DNA of 64,000 bases from a virus (Duplodnaviria; Caudoviricetes): the IMG/VR virus record IMGVR_UViG_3300050159_000048; one strand, 5' to 3'. Below, in pieces: positions 46,141 through 55,117 of this stretch; positions within the stretch are counted from its first letter, which is position 1, and each line of letters begins with the position of its first letter. The notes beneath the pieces are model-generated. The model worked only from the letters and a program-made list of their open reading frames with translations. It ran no database searches and was not told the origin of the DNA. Both the position numbers and the translations under genes were made by a program.

Positions 46141-47175
46141 ATGTCCCAAAAGCCCTATGACCTGATTGTCTTTATCGGTCGTTTTCAACCCGTCCATACC
46201 GGACACATCAACGTAATCCAAACCGCACTTTCCATGGCAGAAGATGTTGTTGTCCTTGTTGGCAGCAGCAACCAACCCCGTACCAGCAAGAATCCGTGGC
46301 TGTTTCATGAACGTGAAGCCATGATCTACGGGGGCCTGGATGAAGCTGATCGTTGCCGCACTGAGGTGAAGCCGCTGCACGACCAGAAGTACAACGATCA
46401 AGCTTGGGCATCAGAAGTCCAACGTCTCGTGGACGAAGCCGCTGCGCAGATTAGCAGCACTCGCTCCCTCAAGATCGCCCTGATCGGCCACAACAAGGAT
46501 GAATCGTCGTACTACCTGAAGATGTTCCCGCAGTGGAAGCTGATCGATCACGAGATGAACGAGAACATCAATGCTACCGACCTGCGTGAAATCATGTTTG
46601 AAGGCAAGAGCCTGAAGTTCCTGTCTGGCGTTCTCCCTCAATCAGTCTTGGTTGAGCTGGAGCGGTTCACTTACACGGAAGACTTCAAGCTGCTCCAACG
46701 CGAATACAACATGATCAAGTCGTACAAGAAGGCATGGGAAGCTGCTCCATACGCCCCCATCTTCGTTACGGTTGATGCTGTGGTTGTTCAATCTGGCCAC
46801 ATTCTGTTGGTTGAACGCGATGCCGCTCCTGGTGAGGGTCTGTTTGCAATGCCTGGTGGATTCCTCAACCAGGACGAATGGATCGAGGACGGTGTGTTGC
46901 GTGAACTCCGTGAGGAGACCAAGCTGCGGGTGCCTACTCCAGTCCTAAAGGGAAGCATCAAGTACCGGGGCGTGTTTGACCGCCCTGACCGCTCCTTGCG
47001 TGGCCGCACGATCACCCACGCGTACCTGATTGAGTTGCCGCCTGGTGAGCTCCCCACAGTGAAAGGGAGCGACGATGCACGCAGCGCCTTCTGGCTCCCG
47101 ATCAGTGAGCTGTCTGAGTCGCAAATGTTTGAGGATCACTACCACGTGATCAAGGCCCTGCTCGGCAAGCTGTAA
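46141..47175 (+). CDS. nadM: Bifunctional NMN adenylyltransferase / ADP-ribose pyrophosphatase (NadM-Nudix)
   Basis: GRFQPVHTGH, KNPW..ER, NATDLR, Nudix box GGFL...E...GVLRELREET. Confidence 0.95.
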   Translation: MSQKPYDLIVFIGRFQPVHTGHINVIQTALSMAEDVVVLVGSSNQPRTSKNPWLFHEREAMIYGGLDEADRCRTEVKPLHDQKYNDQAWASEVQRLVDEAAAQISSTRSLKIALIGHNKDESSYYLKMFPQWKLIDHEMNENINATDLREIMFEGKSLKFLSGVLPQSVLVELERFTYTEDFKLLQREYNMIKSYKKAWEAAPYAPIFVTVDAVVVQSGHILLVERDAAPGEGLFAMPGGFLNQDEWIEDGVLRELREETKLRVPTPVLKGSIKYRGVFDRPDRSLRGRTITHAYLIELPPGELPTVKGSDDARSAFWLPISELSESQMFEDHYHVIKALLGKL

Positions 47176-47185
47176 TCAGCTGTTG

Positions 47186-47219
47186 AAAACCCCACCGTCA
47201 TTGAGTATGGTGGGGTTTT
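47186..47219 (+). terminator. Intrinsic terminator
   Basis: aaaaccccacc...ggtggggtttt. Confidence 0.75.
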
Positions 47220-47238
47220 CCTGTTTTCGGAGACACAC

Positions 47239-47580
47239 ATGATTGACCTAGACCACCTCATCAACACTGTTACGGTTGTTGACCATGCTGTGGGGGATAT
47301 TGTGTATACCATGTACGGTCACGATTACGCCAAGACAACCCCCTATACAGCCAAGGTGGTCAGTGTAGTTGACAATGAGACTTCGCAAGGCCTCGGTGTG
47401 CATTATGTGTTGCATGTTGACACTCATGTGGGGGACTATCTTGACCTAAAGTCCGCCAACCGAGTATGGAAAACGCGTGAGGAGTGGGAGGTTGCACGAA
47501 AGTTGTCGATCCGCAAAATCCAAGAATTCAATGAGCGGATCAATGCCGCCAAAAGGAAGCTGAATGAACCCAACAAATAA
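47239..47580 (+). CDS. Hypothetical protein
   Basis: GGAG SD. Confidence 0.6.
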   Translation: MIDLDHLINTVTVVDHAVGDIVYTMYGHDYAKTTPYTAKVVSVVDNETSQGLGVHYVLHVDTHVGDYLDLKSANRVWKTREEWEVARKLSIRKIQEFNERINAAKRKLNEPNK

Positions 47581-48154
47581 ACATACACGGCCGTGGGCTG
47601 ACAACAAGAAGTTGAAGGTAATCAACTTCTTTGGTGGCCCTGGCACAGGAAAGTCAACGTGCGCTGCTGATCTGTACTCCCTGATGAAAAAGCGGGGGTA
47701 CAAGGTTGAACTGATTCACGAGATTGCAAAAGACTTCGTGTGGGAGCGATGGGATCACATCTTCCGTGAACAAGATTACATCTTTGCTCATCAACACCGT
47801 TTACAACGCCGACTGGTTGGTCACGATATTGACTATGTGATTGTTGATAGCTCATTGATCCTTGGGTTGTTCTACATGCCTGACGACTTTCCGCCGTCAT
47901 TCAAGCAATTCATACAAGATGTGTACAACAGCTACTCAAACATCAATATCTACCTGTTGCGTAGTGATGCGTTTGAGTACGTGCAAGAAGGTCGCAATCA
48001 GACTGAGGAAGAGGCAAAAGAGATTGATCAACGAGTGTTAGAATATTTGCTCACTGAGGAGATCGACTTCTACACGACAGAATCGGGTGATGACGCTGCT
48101 GCCGCAATTCTGCACACGATCAAAGACCTTGCTTCTCGAGAAAGCTGTCAATGA
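47564..48154 (+). CDS. NadR/AAA_28-like P-loop kinase
   Basis: FGGPGTGKST, EIAK..V, IVDSSL, GRNQTEEEA..ID. Confidence 0.8.
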   Translation: MNPTNKHTRPWADNKKLKVINFFGGPGTGKSTCAADLYSLMKKRGYKVELIHEIAKDFVWERWDHIFREQDYIFAHQHRLQRRLVGHDIDYVIVDSSLILGLFYMPDDFPPSFKQFIQDVYNSYSNINIYLLRSDAFEYVQEGRNQTEEEAKEIDQRVLEYLLTEEIDFYTTESGDDAAAAILHTIKDLASRESCQ

Positions 48155-48824
48155 ACAACATCCCGCGCTTGACCAATTGACGGTAGGTGCGGGACTTTGT
48201 CTTTTCAGGGAACAACTGCTCAATCTGACGAGCACGCATTGCCTCCCCAAAGCGCTTAATAGCCACATCGCGAGCATTCGCTGGATTCTCACGTAACGCC
48301 TTGCGCATTACTCCTGTCATCAAATGGAGAACCTCAGAGAATCGCGCATTGAGCTCCATTGGACTAGCTAGGTACTGATAATCTCGATCGGAGTTAGACG
48401 CATCTGGTGCCTGAGTGTACCGATCACTACTCGTTGCGCGGTATCCCGACAAGATATCATCCAGCGCATGACGCAATTCGTGGGTAATAATCGTCCGCAT
48501 GCGAGATTCACCCAACCGATCGCGATTGAGCACAAGCATCTTATATTCAGGATCCCAAAATCCCATATACCGCTCTGCATTTTCTTCGCTGTATTCCTGT
48601 CGAGCGAATGCTTGCATCTCTTCAGCGCCATACAGGACAACATCAATAGCATCAATCTGCTTATTGCCTGTGTTAACAAACTTGCCAATAGGCCCCAACA
48701 TTTGCGCTTCGCTTGGCTGAAACTCTGATGTTGCCATTGGCTTCAACTTTGCATACAATGAGTTAGCTGCACGTATCAATGTGTGCTGATCTTCAATGCC
48801 TTCCAGTACTTGTTGCAGCTTCAT
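48120..48824 (-). CDS. Late protein with HExxH zincin motif
   Basis: THELRHALD..ELNAR; N-terminus MKLQQVLE; CTAAATA upstream. Confidence 0.7.
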   Translation of the reverse strand: MKLQQVLEGIEDQHTLIRAANSLYAKLKPMATSEFQPSEAQMLGPIGKFVNTGNKQIDAIDVVLYGAEEMQAFARQEYSEENAERYMGFWDPEYKMLVLNRDRLGESRMRTIITHELRHALDDILSGYRATSSDRYTQAPDASNSDRDYQYLASPMELNARFSEVLHLMTGVMRKALRENPANARDVAIKRFGEAMRARQIEQLFPEKTKSRTYRQLVKRGMLFIDSFLEKQGL

Positions 48825-48845
48825 GTTAACGATCTCCAGATAGGG

Positions 48846-48852
48846 TATTTAG
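48846..48852 (-). promoter_or_regulatory. Late promoter CTAAATA
   Basis: 21 nt upstream of ATG 48824. Confidence 0.6.
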
Positions 48853-48860
48853 CAGGTCCG

Positions 48861-48889
48861 TTGACTTAATCTTTACCCTTTGCTATAGT
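48861..48889 (+). promoter_or_regulatory. Sigma70-like promoter
   Basis: GTTGACT-17-TATAGT upstream of large ncRNA and tRNAs. Confidence 0.75.
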
Positions 48890-49019
48890 TCACTGCATCG
48901 GTTAAACGACACGTTGTTGAGAAGGGCGGGATTGATCCCCACAACAGCAACTCTCTTTTACCCGATACTAAATAGATGCCCGTTGACTTAAAGACGAAAA
49001 CGTAATACAGATGACGACA

Positions 49020-49945
49020 TCGCAAGCAACAACAGCTTGCAACGCTCTTTAAGAAATTAGTAGTAAATCGAAACTACTTTCACAGACGACTGTGAAAGAC
49101 GGTTTTCCGTGAAAGTAGTTTTGGGGCATGGCCCCGATAAGCGTGGCGACACGTAAAAGCAGAATGTCCTACACATCTGCGCCAAAACCGAAAGGTGGTG
49201 GTCAATCCATGCAAGCCTAAACCTCTTCCGAAAGGAAGTAATCGCTGACCGCGGTTATAGGTAGGAAGTCAGTGTTGTGGAAAGAACGTTTGCTCAAGCG
49301 CCCGCAAGGGTAACGCAAGTAGACGGAAAGTAACGCGTGGTGGCGACTTCACAACAAAACCAACTGACCAATACGTATGGTTAAAGGTAGTGTTATGGTC
49401 TGAGATTCGCACTCAAAGGCTGTAATGCAAACTGATAGGGCATCGGTGACTGAGATATGTTGTCAGTGTTCTTGAAAGTTGATTGAGTAGCCGGCAGGTG
49501 AAAGATATGAGGTGTGTTGTATTTCGTAGCCCAAAAGGTTATGAAGCAACTGGACGCACACATCTCGGTAGGTTATGCAGCGGGTGATTCCGCACATTTC
49601 AATAGGTATGAAATCTTTATCAAAAACGCAAAGTTGCGTCCGGTGCAACGTGAAAGTGGCTTAATCCTGCAGCTGAAAAGTAATGCAGGCAATCAAAGCT
49701 CGCAAGGCAGAGATTGTTGAAGAAGAATCGCACGTAGAGAGTTAGCGCTCTTGAACAGCCCGCAAGGTTGGCGGTAGAGGAAACTTCGAATAGCGTTGTA
49801 CGACGAGCGAACCGCCACGCTCTAAATAAGGCAGTCATGTTAGTGTACATCCTTGAGGATGTGGATAAGAGTAGAACCGCTGGTGTAGCAACTAGTTGGA
49901 TAATGACTCAAAAGTGCTAACATTAATGGTGTAATCTCAACCATA
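49020..49945 (+). ncRNA. Large structured ncRNA, GOLLD-like
   Basis: ~925 nt without credible ORF, many GNRA hairpins, 3' domain AAGGCAGUCAUG..GAGUAG..ACUCAAAAG..GUAAUCUCA directly before a tRNA. Confidence 0.7.
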
Positions 49946-49950
49946 CTCAT

Positions 49951-50025
49951 CTCGGTGTAGCGCAGTCTGGTTAGCGCATCTGCTTTGGGAGCAGAGGGTC
50001 GTAGGTTCGAATCCTACTACCGAGA
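49951..50025 (+). tRNA. tRNA-Pro(UGG)
   Basis: Cloverleaf, tctgc-tt TGG ga-gcaga; CCA not encoded. Confidence 0.95.
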
Positions 50026-50043
50026 CATAAATAGAAGTACAAT

Positions 50044-50119
50044 GCGGACATAGTACAATTGGTAGTACATCACCTTGCCAAGGTGAAGGTTGCGGGTTCG
50101 AGACCCGCTGTCCGCTCCA
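50044..50119 (+). tRNA. tRNA-Gly(GCC)
   Basis: tcacc-tt GCC aa-ggtga, CCA encoded. Confidence 0.95.
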
Positions 50120-50120
50120 A

Positions 50121-50558
50121 ATGATAACGTGTGTAGTTTGCAAACAAATAAAACCCGATGAAGATTTTAATTGGCGAAATAAAAGCCAAGGCCTCAGAAA
50201 GAACAATTGCAAACCATGTGATCGTGAAATGAAACGGCGGTTTTATGTAAACCATCGTGAGCAGGTGATTGCTGAGAATGTTGACCGAAATCTAAGGAAG
50301 AAGCAAACCTTCCAATCTTGGAAACAATCTCTGTCATGTTGCATGTGTGGTGAAACAGATGAAGCATGTTTAGACTTTCACCACAAGGACCCAACTCAGA
50401 AAGAATTCTTGATCTCTAAGTTGGTAACCAATAGCTCTTTTGAAAAGTTGAAAGCAGAATTGTCTAAGTGTGTTTGTGTGTGCGCAAACTGCCATCGCAA
50501 AATACATAAATACAATCTGTCAGTTCCTGATAATGCGGGTGTAGTGTTTAACGGTTAG
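50121..50558 (+). mobile_element. HNH endonuclease inserted in tRNA cluster
   Basis: CVVC..CKPC N-terminus; CCMCG..CLDFHH..KCVCVCANCH. Confidence 0.85.
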
Positions 50559-50612
50559 CACGAAAGTCTTCCAAACTTTAGGTGAGGAGTTCGAATCTCC
50601 CCACCCGCTCCA
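50535..50612 (+). tRNA. tRNA-Gly(UCC)
   Basis: aaagt-ct TCC aa-acttt, CCA. Confidence 0.93.
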
Positions 50613-50628
50613 AAAGAAGAAAAACAAT

Positions 50629-50702
50629 TGCGGGTGAGTGTGATGGTAGCACGCGAGTCTCATAAGCTTGAGGGCCGGTTCGATTCCGAGACCACGCAAC
50701 CA
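50629..50702 (+). tRNA. tRNA-Met/Ile2(CAU), irregular acceptor and T stems
   Basis: cgagt-ct CAT aa-gcttg; bulges in acceptor and T stem. Confidence 0.7.
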
Positions 50703-50812
50703 AACAACAAATAGTACATATTGACTTCGTAGAGTTGGGATAGCCGAACTCTACACTAACTGACTTTAATAAAATGGGTTCTTAGTCAGTGAGCCGTTGG
50801 AAAGAGGAAATC

Positions 50813-51685
50813 ATGATGTATGGCAATAAGCTAGCCTTTGCTGTGAAGCATAATGGCAAAATTCTTCGCGAACTCAATCGCGACACAGTGTACGTTCCGT
50901 TCGGGGCTGAATACACAATCCTAATCAAAAATCTGAACAATGTCCGTGCTCTCGTAAACATTACGATTGACGGCACAGACGCTGTCGAAGGCGGCCTTGT
51001 GGTTGACGCTAACCGGGAGGTTGAGCTGAAGCGATTCGTCAAGAATGGCAACATGACACAAGGTAATAGCTTCAAGTTCATCGAACGTACCGCTGGCGTA
51101 GAACAACACCGCGGCATTGGTATTGAAGACGGACTGATCCGTGTCGAATATCAATTTGAAGATGCTGTGGCTTATCGGCCAACACCAGTATGGCGCGAGC
51201 GTTGGGTCAAAGACGGATACTGGGACTACGAAACAGACCGGCGTCTGTTGGGATCAACCAACACTTCATATTCCGGCAGTGGTGGTGTGAGCGGTAGTCT
51301 GGGTGATGGTCTCGCAAGCATGGCGCTTAAGAGCTACACTGCTCCAACCAGCCGCACTCTACGGTCTCACTCTGTCACTGCGAGTGCCTCAATTGCTAAC
51401 ACCACCCAATCAATCAATGTGGTAGCACAGAATGCTTCATTAAATGATGTTGGCGTTACCGTCCCAGGTAGCCTAAATGATCAAAAGTTTAGCCAAGCAT
51501 CCTGGTTCCCTGTAGAAGCCACGAAGCACGTGCTTGTAGTTAAGCTCCTGGGAGAAACCGCAAGCGGCCCGGTTGTTCAAGCCGTCACCGTAAACGTCAA
51601 GCCAAAGTGTGTGACGTGTGGTAAGCAAAACAAAGCCACGTCTAAATTCTGCACGGATTGTGGAACATCACTAACAATCGTCTAA
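50813..51685 (+). CDS. Conserved phage hypothetical protein with C-terminal zinc ribbon
   Basis: C-terminal CVTCG...FCTDCGT; GAGG SD. Confidence 0.8.
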   Translation: MMYGNKLAFAVKHNGKILRELNRDTVYVPFGAEYTILIKNLNNVRALVNITIDGTDAVEGGLVVDANREVELKRFVKNGNMTQGNSFKFIERTAGVEQHRGIGIEDGLIRVEYQFEDAVAYRPTPVWRERWVKDGYWDYETDRRLLGSTNTSYSGSGGVSGSLGDGLASMALKSYTAPTSRTLRSHSVTASASIANTTQSINVVAQNASLNDVGVTVPGSLNDQKFSQASWFPVEATKHVLVVKLLGETASGPVVQAVTVNVKPKCVTCGKQNKATSKFCTDCGTSLTIV

Positions 51686-51761
51686 GCAGACGACTAATAT
51701 GTGGGGTAAAATACCCCACATCCCCCAGTTATGACCCCACATCGGGCCCGTCGCCCCAGTG

Positions 51762-51790
51762 TTGACATTGTTGAATAACCGCCGTATAAT
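51762..51790 (+). promoter_or_regulatory. Consensus sigma70 promoter
   Basis: TTGACA-17-TATAAT 9 nt upstream of suppressor tRNA. Confidence 0.9.
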
Positions 51791-51799
51791 AGCCGCCAT

Positions 51800-51875
51800 G
51801 CGCTCGTAGCTCAGTGGTTAGAGCGGCGGTCTCTAAAACCGTTTGTCGCGGGTTCGAATCCCGCCGAGCGCACCA
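51800..51875 (+). tRNA. Amber suppressor tRNA (CUA)
   Basis: gcggt-ct CTA aa-accgt; complete cloverleaf, A73, CCA. Confidence 0.92.
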
Positions 51876-51904
51876 GGCTTTGTGGTAGGCGTCAAGGGTA
51901 TTCG

Positions 51905-51912
51905 CATAAATA
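51905..51912 (+). promoter_or_regulatory. Late promoter CATAAATA inside a hairpin
   Basis: gggtatt-cgcata-aataccc upstream of vWA gene. Confidence 0.55.
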
Positions 51913-51983
51913 CCCCTGTCGTCGGCTATGCTGGCTGACGAATTTGTTCAGATCTGAACTAGACTTTTAGAAGGGAAATTGAC

Positions 51984-53276
51984 ATGAAGAAGACCTACAT
52001 TGGCATTAGCCGTGACCACTCCGTCTCGATGCGATCGCTGACCAAAGCAGCCGCTAAGGACTACAACGAAACGATCAGCTCCATTGCCGCAGAAGCGGCA
52101 GCTGTCAGTCAAGACACGATTGTCAGCGTGGTGGAATGTGGCCAAACCACGAAGCGCGTCGTCGTTAACAGCTCTGTCAACGCTCTCAAGCCCCTGAATG
52201 AGGGTGAGTATCTTGCCTACGCTGGCAGTACTGCACTGTTTGACAGTATCGGTGACCTGATCACCCAACTCGAAGCCACTCCCGATGCCAACGATCCTGA
52301 CGTCACGTTCCTCGTGATGGCGATCACTGATGGTGAAGAAAATTCCAGCCGCAACTGGCCTGCCTATCGCCTGATGGACAAGATCCAACAACTACAGCGA
52401 TCGGACCGCTGGACGTTTGTGTTTCGCGTCCCTCGTGGCTATGCTGCCAGCCTGGCCCGACAAGGTGTGCCGATTGGCAACATCCTGGAATGGGACCAAA
52501 CTGACCGCGGCTTTGCTGCTTCGACGGAAGCCACTCGCTCCGCATTCTCTGACTACTACAAGGGCGTATCGTCTGGCGCCATGAAGTCGACCACCAAGTT
52601 CTACGCGAACATGGCTGATGTGTCGCTGAAGGACGTCAAGAAGACGCTGACTGACATCAGCCCGTATGTCAACCTGTGGTATGTGGATCAGAAGGATTCG
52701 ATCCGTCCGTTCTGCGAACGCAAGAGTGGTAAGGCATTCGTCAAGGGTGCTGCATTCTACCAGTTGACAAAGACGGAAGACGCTGTGCAGGACTACAAGC
52801 AAGTGGTGGTTCGCCACAAGCCGACCGGCGCTATCTACGGTGGTGCCGGTGCTCGCCAAATGCTCGGTCTGCCCGCAGTCGGCACCATCCGCGTCCACCC
52901 TGGCGATCACGGTGATTACGAAATCTTCCTGCAGTCGACATCGGTGAACCGCGCCCTGCCCGCCGGCACTCAACTGCTGTACTGGCCTGGGTACAACCAA
53001 CCGATCCCCGTCGCAACCCCTGTGGTCGCCAAGACTCCTAAAGTGGCTGTTGCAAAGAGCAATCTGCCGAAGCCGGCAGCGACGCCGAAGGCCAATTACG
53101 CTGGCACGACGGTTGGTGTGTCGCAACACTACGTTGATGGCTACATTGCTGGCTTTGAAAGCGGCAAGGCTAAGAGTGCTAACCGCACGACCACCGTCGG
53201 TACTGCAGACTTCCGCAAGGGTTGGGCCGACGGTTACAAGGACGGCCGCGGCAAGAAGAAGCGCCTGTACAAGTAA
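51984..53276 (+). CDS. vWA domain protein
   Basis: MIDAS DHSVS..T(ALFD)..ITDGEEN. Confidence 0.85.
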   Translation: MKKTYIGISRDHSVSMRSLTKAAAKDYNETISSIAAEAAAVSQDTIVSVVECGQTTKRVVVNSSVNALKPLNEGEYLAYAGSTALFDSIGDLITQLEATPDANDPDVTFLVMAITDGEENSSRNWPAYRLMDKIQQLQRSDRWTFVFRVPRGYAASLARQGVPIGNILEWDQTDRGFAASTEATRSAFSDYYKGVSSGAMKSTTKFYANMADVSLKDVKKTLTDISPYVNLWYVDQKDSIRPFCERKSGKAFVKGAAFYQLTKTEDAVQDYKQVVVRHKPTGAIYGGAGARQMLGLPAVGTIRVHPGDHGDYEIFLQSTSVNRALPAGTQLLYWPGYNQPIPVATPVVAKTPKVAVAKSNLPKPAATPKANYAGTTVGVSQHYVDGYIAGFESGKAKSANRTTTVGTADFRKGWADGYKDGRGKKKRLYK

Positions 53277-53292
53277 TCGTCGTTGACGACAC

Positions 53293-53329
53293 AAAGGGTG
53301 ATGTAGGAAACTACATCACCCTTTCTTTA
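53293..53329 (+). terminator. Intrinsic terminator
   Basis: aaagggtgatgtag-gaaa-ctacatcacccttt then U-rich. Confidence 0.85.
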
Positions 53330-53343
53330 TTCGGAGAACTATA

Positions 53344-53598
53344 ATGGCAGGCAAGAAATTTTACGCGCTGCCGGACTACGCCAAAGTCACCGCTGACATT
53401 GATGAGTACATCAGCGCATGGCAAGGTATGGCGAAGCCGGTTGAAACTGCTCTCAACCTGACGTTGTCAGGATTCGACCCTGAGTTTGTGTTTACCAAAG
53501 GTAACCCAAACAGCGGTAACGCGATCACAGTATCGCTTCCTGTTTGGTTTGTTCGCGACCTATCACAGAGCCTGACGGGAGCTCAAAATGCGGTGTAA
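53344..53598 (+). CDS. Hypothetical protein
   Basis: GGAG SD. Confidence 0.6.
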   Translation: MAGKKFYALPDYAKVTADIDEYISAWQGMAKPVETALNLTLSGFDPEFVFTKGNPNSGNAITVSLPVWFVRDLSQSLTGAQNAV

Positions 53599-54163
53599 TC
53601 TAGACATCGAATCCAAGCGGCTGAAAAAGCTACACTCCGATGTGCTGGAGATTCTCACCCCCGGAGGCGTGTGGCTGGCTGGTGGCTCGCTTCGCACTGT
53701 AATCGACCCAACCCACGATGTGGCTGACTATGATCTGTTCTTTGCCAACGCAAGGTTGGCGGAGGGAGTTGTCAAGCAGCTGGAAATCATGGGTTGGACA
53801 GTTGTCTGGCAGTGCCCGAAAGGCGAGCTAACCACACTGAAGGATGAAGACGACACCAAGATTCAGTGCATCACAAAGCGGTACTACCGTACAATGAGTG
53901 AGTTGATTCACTCATTTGACTTCACAGTGTGTATGGCTGCGTATGACGGCGAAGTGTTTGAATTTGACCCCAGGTTCATTCGTCATGTCAAACGCAAGCG
54001 GCTGTCGATCAATGCTGTCACCTTTCCGGTTGCGACAATCAACCGAATTTACAAATACCGCGCCCGTGATTTTGTGATGTATGAACAAGACGTGGTTGAC
54101 CTCGTGTGTCAGATCAATGAGATGACTCTGAGTGCTGACAACATGGCCCTATACGTGGACTAA
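53588..54163 (+). CDS. Pol-beta superfamily nucleotidyltransferase (CCA/polyA polymerase head-like)
   Basis: LAGGSLR...DYDLFF, SFDFTVC. Confidence 0.8.
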   Translation: MRCNLDIESKRLKKLHSDVLEILTPGGVWLAGGSLRTVIDPTHDVADYDLFFANARLAEGVVKQLEIMGWTVVWQCPKGELTTLKDEDDTKIQCITKRYYRTMSELIHSFDFTVCMAAYDGEVFEFDPRFIRHVKRKRLSINAVTFPVATINRIYKYRARDFVMYEQDVVDLVCQINEMTLSADNMALYVD

Positions 54164-54164
54164 A

Positions 54165-54665
54165 ATGATCTTCCCAATCAACTCTTACGACATTTCGCAG
54201 TTGCCAACCAGTGAGCATCCGGGTGCTTTCGGAACGATTCGGAAGCATCATAGGCACGAAGGAATTGATTTATATGCAGGAAAGAACGCACTGGTTCAAG
54301 CGATCTCATCTGGCGTAATCGTTGCACTGTATCAATTCACTGGCGAAGCTGTTGGGATGCCGTGGTGGGAAGATACTTGGGCAATGGCTGTGCAGGACGA
54401 TACGGGGATTTGGGTGTACGGTGAAATCCAACGCCCCGTCACGCGAGCAGTCGGTGATGTGGTGGTAGAGGGGCAGTACATTGCCCAACTCAAGCGCGTC
54501 CTGAAAACAGACAAGGGTCGTCCAATGGACATGCTGCATCTGGAGCGGTGGAAGAAGTACAGTGCACCACACACAATGCTCTGGCAGGTGGATCAATCAC
54601 AACCAGACTTTCTGCTCGACCCAACCCCGTTACTACAGGAGATCCAGCATGATGCTAGAACTTGA
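54165..54665 (+). CDS. M23-family peptidase-like protein
   Basis: HEGIDLY (HxxxD), V..GDVV..GQ.IA, MLHLE. Confidence 0.8.
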   Translation: MIFPINSYDISQLPTSEHPGAFGTIRKHHRHEGIDLYAGKNALVQAISSGVIVALYQFTGEAVGMPWWEDTWAMAVQDDTGIWVYGEIQRPVTRAVGDVVVEGQYIAQLKRVLKTDKGRPMDMLHLERWKKYSAPHTMLWQVDQSQPDFLLDPTPLLQEIQHDART

Positions 54666-54870
54666 CTGTCTTGATGAACCATTGGAATTTGATGATTCTG
54701 AAGTGATTGAGCAAGAAGGTGCAAAGGCGTTCGATGCGTCCTTGCTAGACACTGATAACCCATACCCAAAAGGTGACAAATATGATGGCTCACCTTGGGC
54801 CATGTGGGATGATGGGTGGTGGCAAGCGGCTGATGCTTGGATGAGGCAACAATACCCCGACCGCTTTTGA
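54649..54870 (+). CDS. Small acidic protein, RMF/CrpP-like motif
   Basis: EGAKAF..DNPY..W..W..GW. Confidence 0.55.
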   Translation: MMLELDCLDEPLEFDDSEVIEQEGAKAFDASLLDTDNPYPKGDKYDGSPWAMWDDGWWQAADAWMRQQYPDRF

Positions 54871-54880
54871 GGATACTAAG

Positions 54881-55045
54881 ATGACCGAACTATCACAGCG
54901 AGCGATTGAGAACGCATATTGGTATGGAGTGTCAGCTCAACAGAGTGATCTCCCTATGACTGACAACGAGTATGACCCCACCAAAGAACCCGAATTGTAT
55001 GAATCCTGGTGTAGGGGATACCACGATTCAGAAGACGATGAGTGA
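54881..55045 (+). CDS. Small acidic protein (54 aa, below ORF track cut-off), RMF/CrpP-like motif
   Basis: MTELSQRAIENAYWYGVSAQQSDLPMTDNEYDPTKEPELYESWCRGYHDSEDDE; GAGG SD. Confidence 0.55.
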   Translation: MTELSQRAIENAYWYGVSAQQSDLPMTDNEYDPTKEPELYESWCRGYHDSEDDE

Positions 55046-55117
55046 ATGCAGTAGTCATTACCAATGATAAGATAACGACAATTTCACGAGTTGAGATACT
55101 TCCAGAAACGGATCAAA

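Noticed and set aside
51698-51760. Short direct repeats ccccacat and ccccagt before the suppressor promoter
   Set aside because: Partly explained by a terminator hairpin (atgtgggg/ccccacat); too short to support an operator claim.
51876-51940. tRNA-associated HDV-like (theta) ribozyme after the suppressor tRNA
   Set aside because: No nested double-pseudoknot pairing could be built. The hairpins are explained by the late promoter leader.
52392-53294. 300-aa minus-strand ORF
   Set aside because: Antisense shadow of the vWA gene, with no motifs or SD.
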